64,000 nucleotides of DNA from Rhodanobacteraceae bacterium (GTDB lineage: Bacteria > Pseudomonadota > Gammaproteobacteria > Xanthomonadales > Rhodanobacteraceae). The translations under genes were made by a program, and so were the position numbers. The stretch lies in contig CP126120.1 of assembly GCA_030123585.1 (NCBI GenBank), forward strand, positions 1,465,254 through 1,529,253. The letters are read 5' to 3'. Within the stretch, counting starts at the first letter, position 1. Every line of letters starts with the position of its first letter. Positions 36,197-45,078 of this stretch are shown one piece after another. The notes below the pieces were generated by a model. It was given only the letters and a program-made list of their open reading frames with translations. It searched no databases and had not been told where the DNA came from.

Positions 36197-37969
36197 ATGC
36201 GCGCGGGTTACCCCTTGTGTGCACCGCCCATGAATCCGGGATCGCTCGATCAACGCTGGGCCCTTGCCGCGATCGGACTGCTGATTGCGCTGTTGATGCT
36301 GCCGAACGTCGTGTGGCTGGCGCACGACGCCAGCGACGCGGTCTGGATCGCGGCGCTGCTGCTGCCGTTGGCGCTGCTGGCCGTGTTGTTCGCGCTGCTG
36401 GGACGCTGGCCGTGGCTGGCCTGTCTGTTGCTGGCCCCGTTCTCATTGCTGGCGCCTCTGGAAACGTTCTACGTCGCGCAATACCACCACCCGACTTCGG
36501 CGCAGATCATCGCCACCATCGTCGCGACCAATCCGCTCGAAGCCCGCGAATACTTCGGACATCTGCTGGCGCCGCTGGCCGTCGCGCTGCTCGCGGGGCT
36601 CGCGGTGGCGCTGCTGGCGGCGTGGTCGAGCTGGCGCGCACGGCTGCGCTGGCGGGGAGGCTGGCGGGTCGGGCTGTTTGGCGCAGGCATCGTCGCGGCG
36701 CTGGTTCCGCTCGGCATCGGCATCGCCGCGGCCCGCCACAAGCCTGCCAGCGGCTCGGAGGCGACATCGACATCGCCCTGGTTCGAGTACGCGACTTCCA
36801 TCGAGGAAGGGTTTCCCTTCGGCGTGGTGCCGCGGCTGGTCGAATACCGCAGCGAGTGGGACCGGATGCGCGCCGAGGCGGCGCAGTTCAAGGCGTTCCG
36901 CTTCCACGCGCACCGCGCCGGGCCGCCGCTGCACCAGCGGCAGGTGTACGTGCTGGTGATCGGCGAGAGCAGCCGGCGTGCGGACTGGCAGTTGTTCGGC
37001 TATGGCCGCGCGACGAACCCGCAACTGTCGAAGCTCGCGAACGTGGTGCCATTTACGCACTTCATCACCACCTGGCCGGAATCCATCGCGGCGATCCCGA
37101 TGATCCTGACCCGCCGCAAGCCGGACATGGCGTGGGACGCGCCGTGGCACGAGGCCTCGATCCTGCGCGCGATGTCCGAGGCCGGCTACGAGACGTACTG
37201 GATTTCCAACCAGCAGGCGATCGGCGAGTTCGATTCGCCGGTGTCGATGTACGCCTACGAGGCCGACCACGTGGAATGGCTGAATCATGCCTCGTGGACC
37301 GCGCCGGGCAGCTACGACGGGGACTTGATCCAGCCGTTGCAGGACGCGCTGCACGCGTCCGGCAAGGATCTTTTCATCGTGCTGCACATGATGGGCAGCC
37401 ATGTGAAATACGACTTCCGCTATCCGAAGGCGTTCGAACGCTGGACGCCGACCCAGTTGTCGCCGCCGGGCCAGGGCAGCAACATCGAACGCGCGCGCAA
37501 CAGCTACGACAATTCGATCCTGTACACCGACCACGTGCTGGCGCAGGTGATCGGCGTGCTGAAATCCAGCGGTGCCATCAGCGCGCTGTGGTTCGAATCC
37601 GACCACGGCGAGCTGATCCCGACGCCAACCTGCGACAAGGAAGGCCACGGCGTCGGCACCGTGCCCGAATACGAGATCCCGGCGCTGTTCTGGTATTCGG
37701 ATTCGTACCAACACGATTTTCCCCAGCGCGTGGCGGCATTGAAATCGAACGCCCGCAAGCGCACGATCAGCGCCGACACCTTCGAATCGCTGATCGACAT
37801 GGCGGGCATCGACTTCCCCGGCCACGACGAATCGTGGAGCCTGTTCAGCCCGCAGTGGCACTACCACACGCGCTGGGTGGCGCAAACGCAGCACATCGAT
37901 TTCGACACCGCGCGCATCGACAAGCAATGCGAGCGGGTGTTGCCGGCCAGACCGGGACGGAGGGAGTGA
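36197..37969 (+). CDS. Phosphoethanolamine transferase family protein (EptA/PptA-like: N-terminal TM domain plus sulfatase-fold domain)
   Basis: VYVLVIGESSRRADW, LHMMGSHVKYDFRYPKAFERWTP, NSYDNSILYTDHVL and WFESDHGE match the EptA-family pattern. Frame chosen over the overlapping 36154..38004 ORF. Confidence 0.8.
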   Translation: MRAGYPLCAPPMNPGSLDQRWALAAIGLLIALLMLPNVVWLAHDASDAVWIAALLLPLALLAVLFALLGRWPWLACLLLAPFSLLAPLETFYVAQYHHPTSAQIIATIVATNPLEAREYFGHLLAPLAVALLAGLAVALLAAWSSWRARLRWRGGWRVGLFGAGIVAALVPLGIGIAAARHKPASGSEATSTSPWFEYATSIEEGFPFGVVPRLVEYRSEWDRMRAEAAQFKAFRFHAHRAGPPLHQRQVYVLVIGESSRRADWQLFGYGRATNPQLSKLANVVPFTHFITTWPESIAAIPMILTRRKPDMAWDAPWHEASILRAMSEAGYETYWISNQQAIGEFDSPVSMYAYEADHVEWLNHASWTAPGSYDGDLIQPLQDALHASGKDLFIVLHMMGSHVKYDFRYPKAFERWTPTQLSPPGQGSNIERARNSYDNSILYTDHVLAQVIGVLKSSGAISALWFESDHGELIPTPTCDKEGHGVGTVPEYEIPALFWYSDSYQHDFPQRVAALKSNARKRTISADTFESLIDMAGIDFPGHDESWSLFSPQWHYHTRWVAQTQHIDFDTARIDKQCERVLPARPGRRE

Positions 37970-38000
37970 AGTTGCAACTCGACTCACTCCATCCCGCGAC

Positions 38001-38618
38001 ATGAACCCGATCCGCCACTTCGTGGTCGCGCTGACCGGCGGCGTGGCCGCGGGCAAGGGTGCGGTGGCCCGGCGCTTCGAGGCGCTGGGCATCCACGTGT
38101 ACGACGCCGATGTCGCCGCGCGCGACGTGGTGGCGCCGGGTTCGGCGGCGTTGACCGAAATCGAATTCGTGTTCGGCTCGGGCGTACTGAACCCCGACGG
38201 CTCGCTCGATCGCCGCGCGATGCGCGAACGGGTGTTCGCCGATCCCGATGCGCGCCTCAAGCTGGAGCGGATCATCCACCCGCGCGTACGCGCATGGCTG
38301 CAGCGGCGGGTCGGCATGGACCGCGGACCGTATTGCATGCTGGCGATTCCGTTGCTGGCGGAGAACCGTGGGGAATACGCGTGGGTGGATCGCGTGCTGC
38401 TGGTGGACGCGCCCAAGGCGTTGCAGGTCGAGCGCCTGATGCGGCGCGACGCGATCACCCGCGACGCCGCGCAACGCATGCTGGACGCGCAATCGACGCG
38501 CGCGCAGCGCCTCGCGATCGCCGACGACGTGATCGTCAATGACGGCGAGGAAGCCGCGCTGGATGCGCAAGTGGCGGTATTGCACGCGCGGTATCTGGAG
38601 CTGGCGCGCGGTGCATAG
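38001..38618 (+). CDS. coaE: Dephospho-CoA kinase
   Basis: LTGGVAAGKG P-loop. Conserved position after pilD. Confidence 0.9.
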   Translation: MNPIRHFVVALTGGVAAGKGAVARRFEALGIHVYDADVAARDVVAPGSAALTEIEFVFGSGVLNPDGSLDRRAMRERVFADPDARLKLERIIHPRVRAWLQRRVGMDRGPYCMLAIPLLAENRGEYAWVDRVLLVDAPKALQVERLMRRDAITRDAAQRMLDAQSTRAQRLAIADDVIVNDGEEAALDAQVAVLHARYLELARGA

Positions 38619-38720
38619 GTTGGGCTGACCCCGGCTTGATCGGGGGAAGCCCAACGTTGCTGCGGGTAGGTTGGGCTTCGCGTTGCTCAGCCCAACCTAC
38701 CCGCGCTCAGCCCAACCTAC
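38616..38720. repeat. Family C REP cluster (three GTAGGTTGGGCT/AGCCCAACCTAC arms)
   Basis: Lies between the convergent coaE and Nudix genes. Confidence 0.85.
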
Positions 38721-39673
38721 CCGTGCGCCGTCGTGGCAAATGCGCGGATGCCGGCGACGCCCTGCGCGCCCCCGGCACGCGCGCGTTCGAGATCATCGGG
38801 AGCCACGCCGCCCAGCGCATACACCGGCAGGCGCGCGTCGGCGACCAGCGCTGCGAAGCGTTCCCATCCAAGCGGCGCCGCATCGGGATGCGAAGCGGTG
38901 GCGCGCACCGGCGACAAGGTCGCGAAGTCGGCCCCGAGTCGCGCGGCGAGTTCCAGCTCTTCGGCCGTGTGGCACGACGCCCCGACCCACGCCCCGCGAG
39001 CCAACGGCCGTTCGCGCAAGTCGCGCAATTGCGCGGCCTTCAGGTGCACGCCCACGCCCAGTTCGCGCGCAAGCTCGATGTCGTGGTTGAGCAGCAGACG
39101 CCCGCGCAACGATGGATCGGTTTCGATCCACGCCAGCGCGGTCTCGCGGACATCCGCACGCGATGCGCCCGGCATCCGGAGTTGCAGCAACGGAACCCTC
39201 GCTGTGCCTGCCCCGCTCCGCCCTGCTGCTGCGGCAGGATCGGGCGGCGGGAAAGGAAGACGCATGACGCCATCGGCAATCACGTAGATCGCCGGTAACC
39301 GCAGCGCAGCGACGATGGGCGCATCGGCCGCCGGCATCGTGGCGGCGTCCACGTCGCACACCTCGACCCAGCGCAGCGGATGCCCTTCACGCGCCCGTGG
39401 TTCGCCGCGCCACGCGTCCACCCGCATGGCGTGCAGGCGAACGGTTTTTTCCGGGTACTGCCAGGGGATGGAAATCAGCGGCGTGGAGGCAAGCACTTCG
39501 ATGCCAAGCTCTTCACGCAGCTCGCGCTCCAGCGCCTGCGCCACGGTTTCATCCGGCTCCAGCTTGCCGCCGGGAAACTCCCACAGCCCCGCAAGGTGCT
39601 TGCCCGGCAGGCGCTGCATCAGCAGTACGCGCTCCTGTGCGTCCATGAGGATGCCGGCGGCGACTTCGATCAT
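38717..39673 (-). CDS. Nudix (MutT-like) hydrolase fused to a ThiE-like domain
   Basis: Nudix box GKLEPDETVAQALERELREELG. The C-terminal half is thiamine-phosphate-synthase-like (SPVRATASHP, VYALGG). Confidence 0.85.
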   Translation of the reverse strand: MIEVAAGILMDAQERVLLMQRLPGKHLAGLWEFPGGKLEPDETVAQALERELREELGIEVLASTPLISIPWQYPEKTVRLHAMRVDAWRGEPRAREGHPLRWVEVCDVDAATMPAADAPIVAALRLPAIYVIADGVMRLPFPPPDPAAAAGRSGAGTARVPLLQLRMPGASRADVRETALAWIETDPSLRGRLLLNHDIELARELGVGVHLKAAQLRDLRERPLARGAWVGASCHTAEELELAARLGADFATLSPVRATASHPDAAPLGWERFAALVADARLPVYALGGVAPDDLERARAGGAQGVAGIRAFATTAHG

Positions 39674-40176
39674 CGGCGCTCGTAATCGACGAAGTCGAAC
39701 GCGTAGCAATGCCTCGCATCGGCCGGATGATGTTCGCGCGACGTTTCGCGCCAGGCGTTGCGGTCGAACGCCGGGAAAAACGTGTCGGCATCGGGCGTCG
39801 CGGCATCGACTTCGGTCAGATGCAGGTGCGTCGCGAAGGGCAAGGCCAACGCGTAGACCTCGCCGCCGCCGATCACCATCAGCGGCAAGCTTGCAAAGCT
39901 GCCGCGCTCCAACCCGCGAACATATGCCAGCGCCTCATCCAGCGAACGCACCGTGATCTGGCCTTCGAACGGGGCGGCGCCGCTGCGCGTCAACACCAGG
40001 TTCGGACGCCCCGGCAACGCACGCCCGACTGCGAGCGCGGTCTTGCGCCCCATCAACACGGGTTTGCCGAGCGTGAGCGCCTTGAAACGCTTCAGGTCGT
40101 CGGGCAGGTGCCACGGCATTGCCCCGGCACGGCCGATCGCGCGGTTGCGGTCGAGCGCGGCGATGAGGGTGATCAT
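39670..40176 (-). CDS. folA: Dihydrofolate reductase
   Basis: MITLIAALDRNRAIG...MPWHLPDDLKRFKALT. ATGA overlap with the Nudix gene. Confidence 0.93.
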   Translation of the reverse strand: MITLIAALDRNRAIGRAGAMPWHLPDDLKRFKALTLGKPVLMGRKTALAVGRALPGRPNLVLTRSGAAPFEGQITVRSLDEALAYVRGLERGSFASLPLMVIGGGEVYALALPFATHLHLTEVDAATPDADTFFPAFDRNAWRETSREHHPADARHCYAFDFVDYERR

Positions 40177-40189
40177 GCAAACGTTACCC

Positions 40190-40270
40190 GTAGGAGCGGC
40201 GGAAGCCGCGACTGAAGCGGCCATCCATGATGACCAAGAGCTCCGTCGTCGGGCCTTCCAGCCCTCCTAC
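40190..40270. repeat. Family B REP composite
   Basis: GTAGGAGCGGCGGAAGCCGCGAC ... CCATCCATGATGACCAAGAGCTCCGTCG ... CCTTCCAGCCCTCCTAC. Confidence 0.8.
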
Positions 40271-40318
40271 CTGTCTTGAGACACACATCGCGAGCCGGCA
40301 CCATCCATGCATCGAAGT

Positions 40319-41113
40319 TCACACCGCCACGGGCGCCTTGATGGCCGGCCACGGGTCGTAATCCACGACGTGGATGTCTTCGTAGCGGAAATCGAAGATC
40401 GAAGCCACGTCGGGATTCAACACCAGCTTCGGCAACGCACGTGGCGCGCGCGCCAACTGTTCGCGCGCCTGTTCGACGTGGTTGGAATACAGGTGCAGGT
40501 CGCCGAAGGTGTGCACGAAGTCGCCGCGTTCGAGGCCGCACACCTGCGCGACCATGCAGGTGAGCAAGGCATAGCTCGCGATGTTGAACGGCACGCCAAG
40601 GAAGATGTCGGCCGAGCGCTGGTAGAGCTGGCACGACAGCTTGCCGTTCGCGACATAGAACTGGAACAGCGCATGACAGGGCATCAGCGCCATCCGGTCC
40701 AGTTCGCCGACGTTCCACGCCGACACCAGCATCCGGCGCGAGTCGGGGTTGCGCCGGATCTGCTCGATCACCTGCGCGATCTGGTCGATCGTGCGGCCAT
40801 CCGGCGCCGGCCACGCGCGCCATTGCCTGCCGTACACGGGGCCGAGTTCGCCGTTCGCATCCGCCCATTCGTCCCAGATGCTGACGCCGTGATCACGCAG
40901 GTACTTGACGTTGGTGTCGCCGCGCAGGAACCACAGCAATTCGTGGATGATCGACCGGGTGTGCAGCTTCTTGGTGGTGAGCAATGGAAAACCGGCGGCG
41001 AGGTCCATGCGGATTTGCCGGCCGAACACCGAGCGCGTACCGGTGCCGGTGCGGTCGCTCTTGCGGGCGCCGTTTTCCAGCACGTCGCGAAGGAGGTCGA
41101 GGTAGAGCTGCAT
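40319..41113 (-). CDS. thyA: Thymidylate synthase
   Basis: [30 protein letters not shown]. 264 aa. Confidence 0.95.
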   Translation of the reverse strand: MQLYLDLLRDVLENGARKSDRTGTGTRSVFGRQIRMDLAAGFPLLTTKKLHTRSIIHELLWFLRGDTNVKYLRDHGVSIWDEWADANGELGPVYGRQWRAWPAPDGRTIDQIAQVIEQIRRNPDSRRMLVSAWNVGELDRMALMPCHALFQFYVANGKLSCQLYQRSADIFLGVPFNIASYALLTCMVAQVCGLERGDFVHTFGDLHLYSNHVEQAREQLARAPRALPKLVLNPDVASIFDFRYEDIHVVDYDPWPAIKAPVAV

Positions 41114-41158
41114 GGAGTCCAGTGTCCGGTGGCGAGTGGAGAGAGTGTAACAACAGCC

Positions 41159-41696
41159 TGTCGTTCCGGGGCTGCTCACGCGCTGCGGGAGCAGAACCCG
41201 GGACCGGTATCTTCAGCGGCCCCAGAACAACAGAAACCGATTCCGGATCGCGCTGCGCGCGTCCGGAATGACGATCAAAAGCGGACGGCGCACACAAAAA
41301 CGAGCGGCGCACACGGAGACCGGCGCGTCACCGAATCCGACGCGCCAGCAAGTCATGCTGTCATTCCGGGGCGGGCTGCAGCTTCATCGCAGACCGAACC
41401 CGGAATCGGTGGTTGGTGCTGCCCCAGAACAGCAGGAACCGATTCCGGATCGCGCAGCGCGCGTCCGGAATGACGATCAAAAACCGGCGGCGCACACCAA
41501 AACGAGCGGCGCACACAAAGTGAACGGCGCAGACGGAGACCAGTGCGTCACCGAGTCCGACGCGCCAGCAAGTCATGCTGTCATTCCGGGGCGGGCTGCA
41601 GCTTCATCGCAGACCGAACCCGGAATCGGTGGTTGGTGCGGTCACTGAACAACCGAAACCGATTCCGGATCGCGCTGCGCGCGTCCGGAATGACGA
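41159..41696. repeat. Family A array including a ~200-220-bp direct duplication
   Basis: AGTCATGCTGTCATTCCGGGGCGGGCTGCAGCTTCATCGCAGACCGAACCCGGAATCGGTGGTTGGTGC occurs twice (about 41352 and 41570), each preceded by CGTCCGGAATGACGATCAAAA. Confidence 0.85.
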
Positions 41697-41851
41697 TCAA
41701 GGGCGAAAAGCCCGCGCGGGGCCGTTGCACAACAAAGTCCAGTGCACCGCCCCTCGCGAGCCCCGAGTTCCGGGTCCCGCCCACCGCCACATTCAGCCAA
41801 GGTTCGGGTAGGCTTGGCCGGTCACCATTTTCACAGGGGGATACCTCGGAC

Positions 41852-43444
41852 ATGAATTCGACCGCACCCGCCGTCTCCAAGACCCGCTCGTTCTCGACCG
41901 TGTTCCTGATCGAGATGTGGGAGCGCTTCGGCTATTACGGCATGCAGGCGCTGGTGGTCGTCTACATGATCCAGCGGCTCGGGTTCCAGGACACGCCGGC
42001 CAGCCTGACCTGGGGCGCGGCCGCCGCGCTGATCTACGTGTCGCCCGCGATCGGCGGCTGGGTCGGCGACAAGTTCTTCGGCACCCGCCACACCATGCTG
42101 CTCGGCGCCTGTGTGCTGGCGGTGGGCTATGCGCTGATGGTGGTGCCGGCCGCGAATTCGTCTTTCCTGTTTCTGGCGCTGGGCGTGATCGTGGTCGGCA
42201 ACGGCCTGTTCAAGGCCAATGCCGGCAACCTGGTCCGCAAGATCTACGAAGGCGATGACGCCAAGATCGACAGCGCGTTCACGCTCTACTACATGGCGGT
42301 CAACATCGGCTCCACTTTCTCGATGCTGCTGACGCCGAAGATCAAGGACTATTTCAATTCCGCCTACCACGGCCAGTTGGCGTGGCTGCCGGGCGCGCAG
42401 CACCTGTTCGGCGAAGGGCTGGGCTGGCACATCGCCTTCGCGGTGTGCTGCGTCGGTTTGCTGGTGGGCCTCGGCAATTACCTGGTGATGCGGCACACGC
42501 TGAACCACATCGGTTCGGACCCGGACCACCAACCGATGAAGTTCTGAAAGCTCCTCGCCGTGATCGCGGGCGGCATCGTGGTGGTGTTCATCTCCGCCTT
42601 CATCCTGAAGGAACGCACCGTCGCCCAGTATTTCGTGCTGATCGCCGGCATCTGCGTACTGCTGATCTTCGGCTACCTGATCGCCAAGTGCAGCCACAGC
42701 GAAAAGCCGGGGCTGATCATCGCGCTGATCCTGGTGATCGAGACGGTGTTCTTCTTCATCTTCTACCAGCAGATGTCCACCTCGCTGACCCTGTTCGCGG
42801 TGCGCGACGTGGACCCCGCATTCCGGATCTTCGGCGCGCACCTGTTCGACTGGGATCCCCTGCAATTCCAGGCGCTGAATCCCATCTGGATCTTCATCCT
42901 GAGTCCGGTTCTCGCCGTCACCTACACCCGCTTCGCCAAGCGCGGCCGGGATCTTTCCATCTCGGCCAAGTTCGCGCTGGGCTTCGCGGCCGTCGCGATC
43001 GGCTTTTTCATCTACGGCGCCGCGGCGCACTTCACCACTTCGCCCGGCAAGACCAGCCAGTGGATCATGGTGGGCGGCTACGGTTTCGGTTCCCTGGGCG
43101 AACTCCTCACCAGCGGACTCGGCTTGGCTTTCGTGGCCCGCTACGTGCCGGCGCGGATGGGCGGCTTCATGATGGGCGCCTACTTCGTGGCTTCGGGCGT
43201 CGCGCAATACCTCGGGGGCAAGGTCGCCACCTTCGCCAGCGTGCCCGCGACCATCACCGACCCGGTCCAGATGATGTCGATCTACACCCGCCTGTTCAAT
43301 TGGCTGGGCGTGGCCGGGATCGCCTGCACGGCGATCGCGCTGGCGGCTTTGCCGTTGCTCCGCAGACTCGACGCCAGGCACGCCGCGCATGCCGCCCTCG
43401 CGCCGGCCGTCAAGGGCATGCCGACCATCCAGACCGAGCAATGA
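41852..43444 (+). pseudogene. POT/PTR2 proton-dependent peptide transporter (DtpA/B-like) interrupted by one in-frame TGA at 42545..42547
   Basis: FLIEMWERFGYYGMQALVV (PTR2 signature). Track ORFs 41543..42547 and 42560..43444 are in the same frame (checked codon by codon) and together make ~530 codons. Confidence 0.8.
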
Positions 43445-43610
43445 CCGCCTCCGCGTGACGGGTGTCACGCCGGCACGGCATGCCGTTCGGCAGGGGCGCG
43501 CCGGGAGCTGATCGGCTAATTTAGCGGAGCCTCCAGACCGTTTCCGCGCGGCGAACCCATCGCCGCGCGGGCGGTCCAACGGGCGCGTCCATGCAAACCG
43601 GAAGACACCG

Positions 43611-44912
43611 ATGTCGCGCAAAAAATGGATCCTGACGCTCATCGGCGTCGTGGTCGTGGCATTCATCCTGTGGCGGATCTTCGCCGGCGGCAAGTCGAGC
43701 GGCCCCGATGCGTTCGGCGGCGCCGACACGCCCGTGCCGGTGACGGTGGTGCCGGCCGCCGCCGAGAACGTGCCGATCTACCTCACCGGCCAGGGCACGG
43801 TGCAGGCGATGAACACGGTCAACGTGCAACCGCAGGTGGGCGGCCAGTTGCTGAGACTGGACTTCGTCGAAGGCGGCCAGGTGAAGAAGGGCCAGGTGCT
43901 GGCCGAGATCGATCCGCGCACCCTGCAGGCGCAGCTCGACCAGGCCATGGCCAAGCGCGCGCAGGATGCCACCCAGCTCGCGACCGCCAGGGCCAACCTG
44001 GAACGCTCGGAGAATCCCAAGTACGCACCCTATGTCGCGCAGATCGACCGGATCACCCAGAAGAACACGGTCGACCAGTGGCAGGCCGCGGTGGCCGCCG
44101 ACAACGCCAACATCGCGGACACCCAGGTGCAGCTCGGCTTCACCAAGGTGCTGTCGCCGATCGACGGCATCGCGGGCATCCGCCAGGTCGATCCGGGCAA
44201 CGTGATCACCACCTCGACCACCATCGTCACCGTGACCCAGATGCACCCGATCAACGTGATCTTCACGCTGGCCGGCAAATACCTCGACGAGGTGCGCGCG
44301 GCGCAGGCCAGGGCGCCGCTGACGGTGGCGATCCTCGACGCTTCCGGCAACGTGGTCGAGGGCGACGGCGTGCTCAAGGTGATCGACAACCAGATCGATC
44401 CGAATTCCGCGTCGTTCAAGCTCAAGGCCGAGTTCCCCAACGCCAACAACCAGTTGTTCCCCGGCCAGTACGCCAACACCCGGCTGCAGGTCAGCGTGGA
44501 TGCCGACGCGCTGGTGGTGCCGACCGCGGCGGTGCAGCGCGGCCCGAACGGCGACTACGTGTGGCTGGTCACCGACCAGCCTCCGGCCCGTCCGGAAGGC
44601 GAATCGAGTGCGCCTAGCAATGCCAAGGCTTCGCGGCGCGGTCATCGTGCGCCCGCCAGCAGTGCCGCCGACAACAAGCCCGCCAGGTACGTCACGATGC
44701 GCTCGGTCACCACTGGCGGCGAGGCCGGAGACGCCGGCTTGATCGTCACCCAGGGCCTGAAGGCCGGCGACCTCGTGGTGACCGCGGGCCAGTTCCGCCT
44801 GAAGGAAGGCAGCAAGGTGACCCCGATGAAACCCGGCGAGATACCGCCGCCGCCCACCACCGCCGAGATCAAGGCCGCGGCGCAGCAGAGCGGGCGCGGA
44901 CGCCGGCATTGA
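43611..44912 (+). CDS. mdtA: RND efflux membrane-fusion protein (MdtA-like)
   Basis: HlyD/MFP family sequence. Followed by two RND permeases. Confidence 0.85.
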   Translation: MSRKKWILTLIGVVVVAFILWRIFAGGKSSGPDAFGGADTPVPVTVVPAAAENVPIYLTGQGTVQAMNTVNVQPQVGGQLLRLDFVEGGQVKKGQVLAEIDPRTLQAQLDQAMAKRAQDATQLATARANLERSENPKYAPYVAQIDRITQKNTVDQWQAAVAADNANIADTQVQLGFTKVLSPIDGIAGIRQVDPGNVITTSTTIVTVTQMHPINVIFTLAGKYLDEVRAAQARAPLTVAILDASGNVVEGDGVLKVIDNQIDPNSASFKLKAEFPNANNQLFPGQYANTRLQVSVDADALVVPTAAVQRGPNGDYVWLVTDQPPARPEGESSAPSNAKASRRGHRAPASSAADNKPARYVTMRSVTTGGEAGDAGLIVTQGLKAGDLVVTAGQFRLKEGSKVTPMKPGEIPPPPTTAEIKAAAQQSGRGRRH

Positions 44913-45078
44913 CGAAACCGGGAATCGTAAATCGGGAATGGAGAATCGTTAGCCAAGCGCTCTGCGGATTCTCGTGCTTCCACAAATTTCCGATGTCGGG
45001 CAGACCACCACGAAATCGATCCACGCTCTCAGCAATTCGAAAAACGATTCCCAACTCCCCACTCCCGATTCACGCTCA

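Noticed and set aside
36154-38004. An alternative 616-aa plus-strand ORF overlapping the ept-like gene.
   Set aside because: Its translation is Arg/Ala/Gly-rich without motifs. The 36197..37969 frame carries the EptA-family sulfatase-fold motifs.
42545-42547. The TGA in the POT transporter read as selenocysteine.
   Set aside because: I see no obvious SECIS-like stem-loop immediately downstream. POT transporters are not known selenoproteins, and the position is a linker between hydrophobic regions. A nonsense mutation or sequencing error is more likely.
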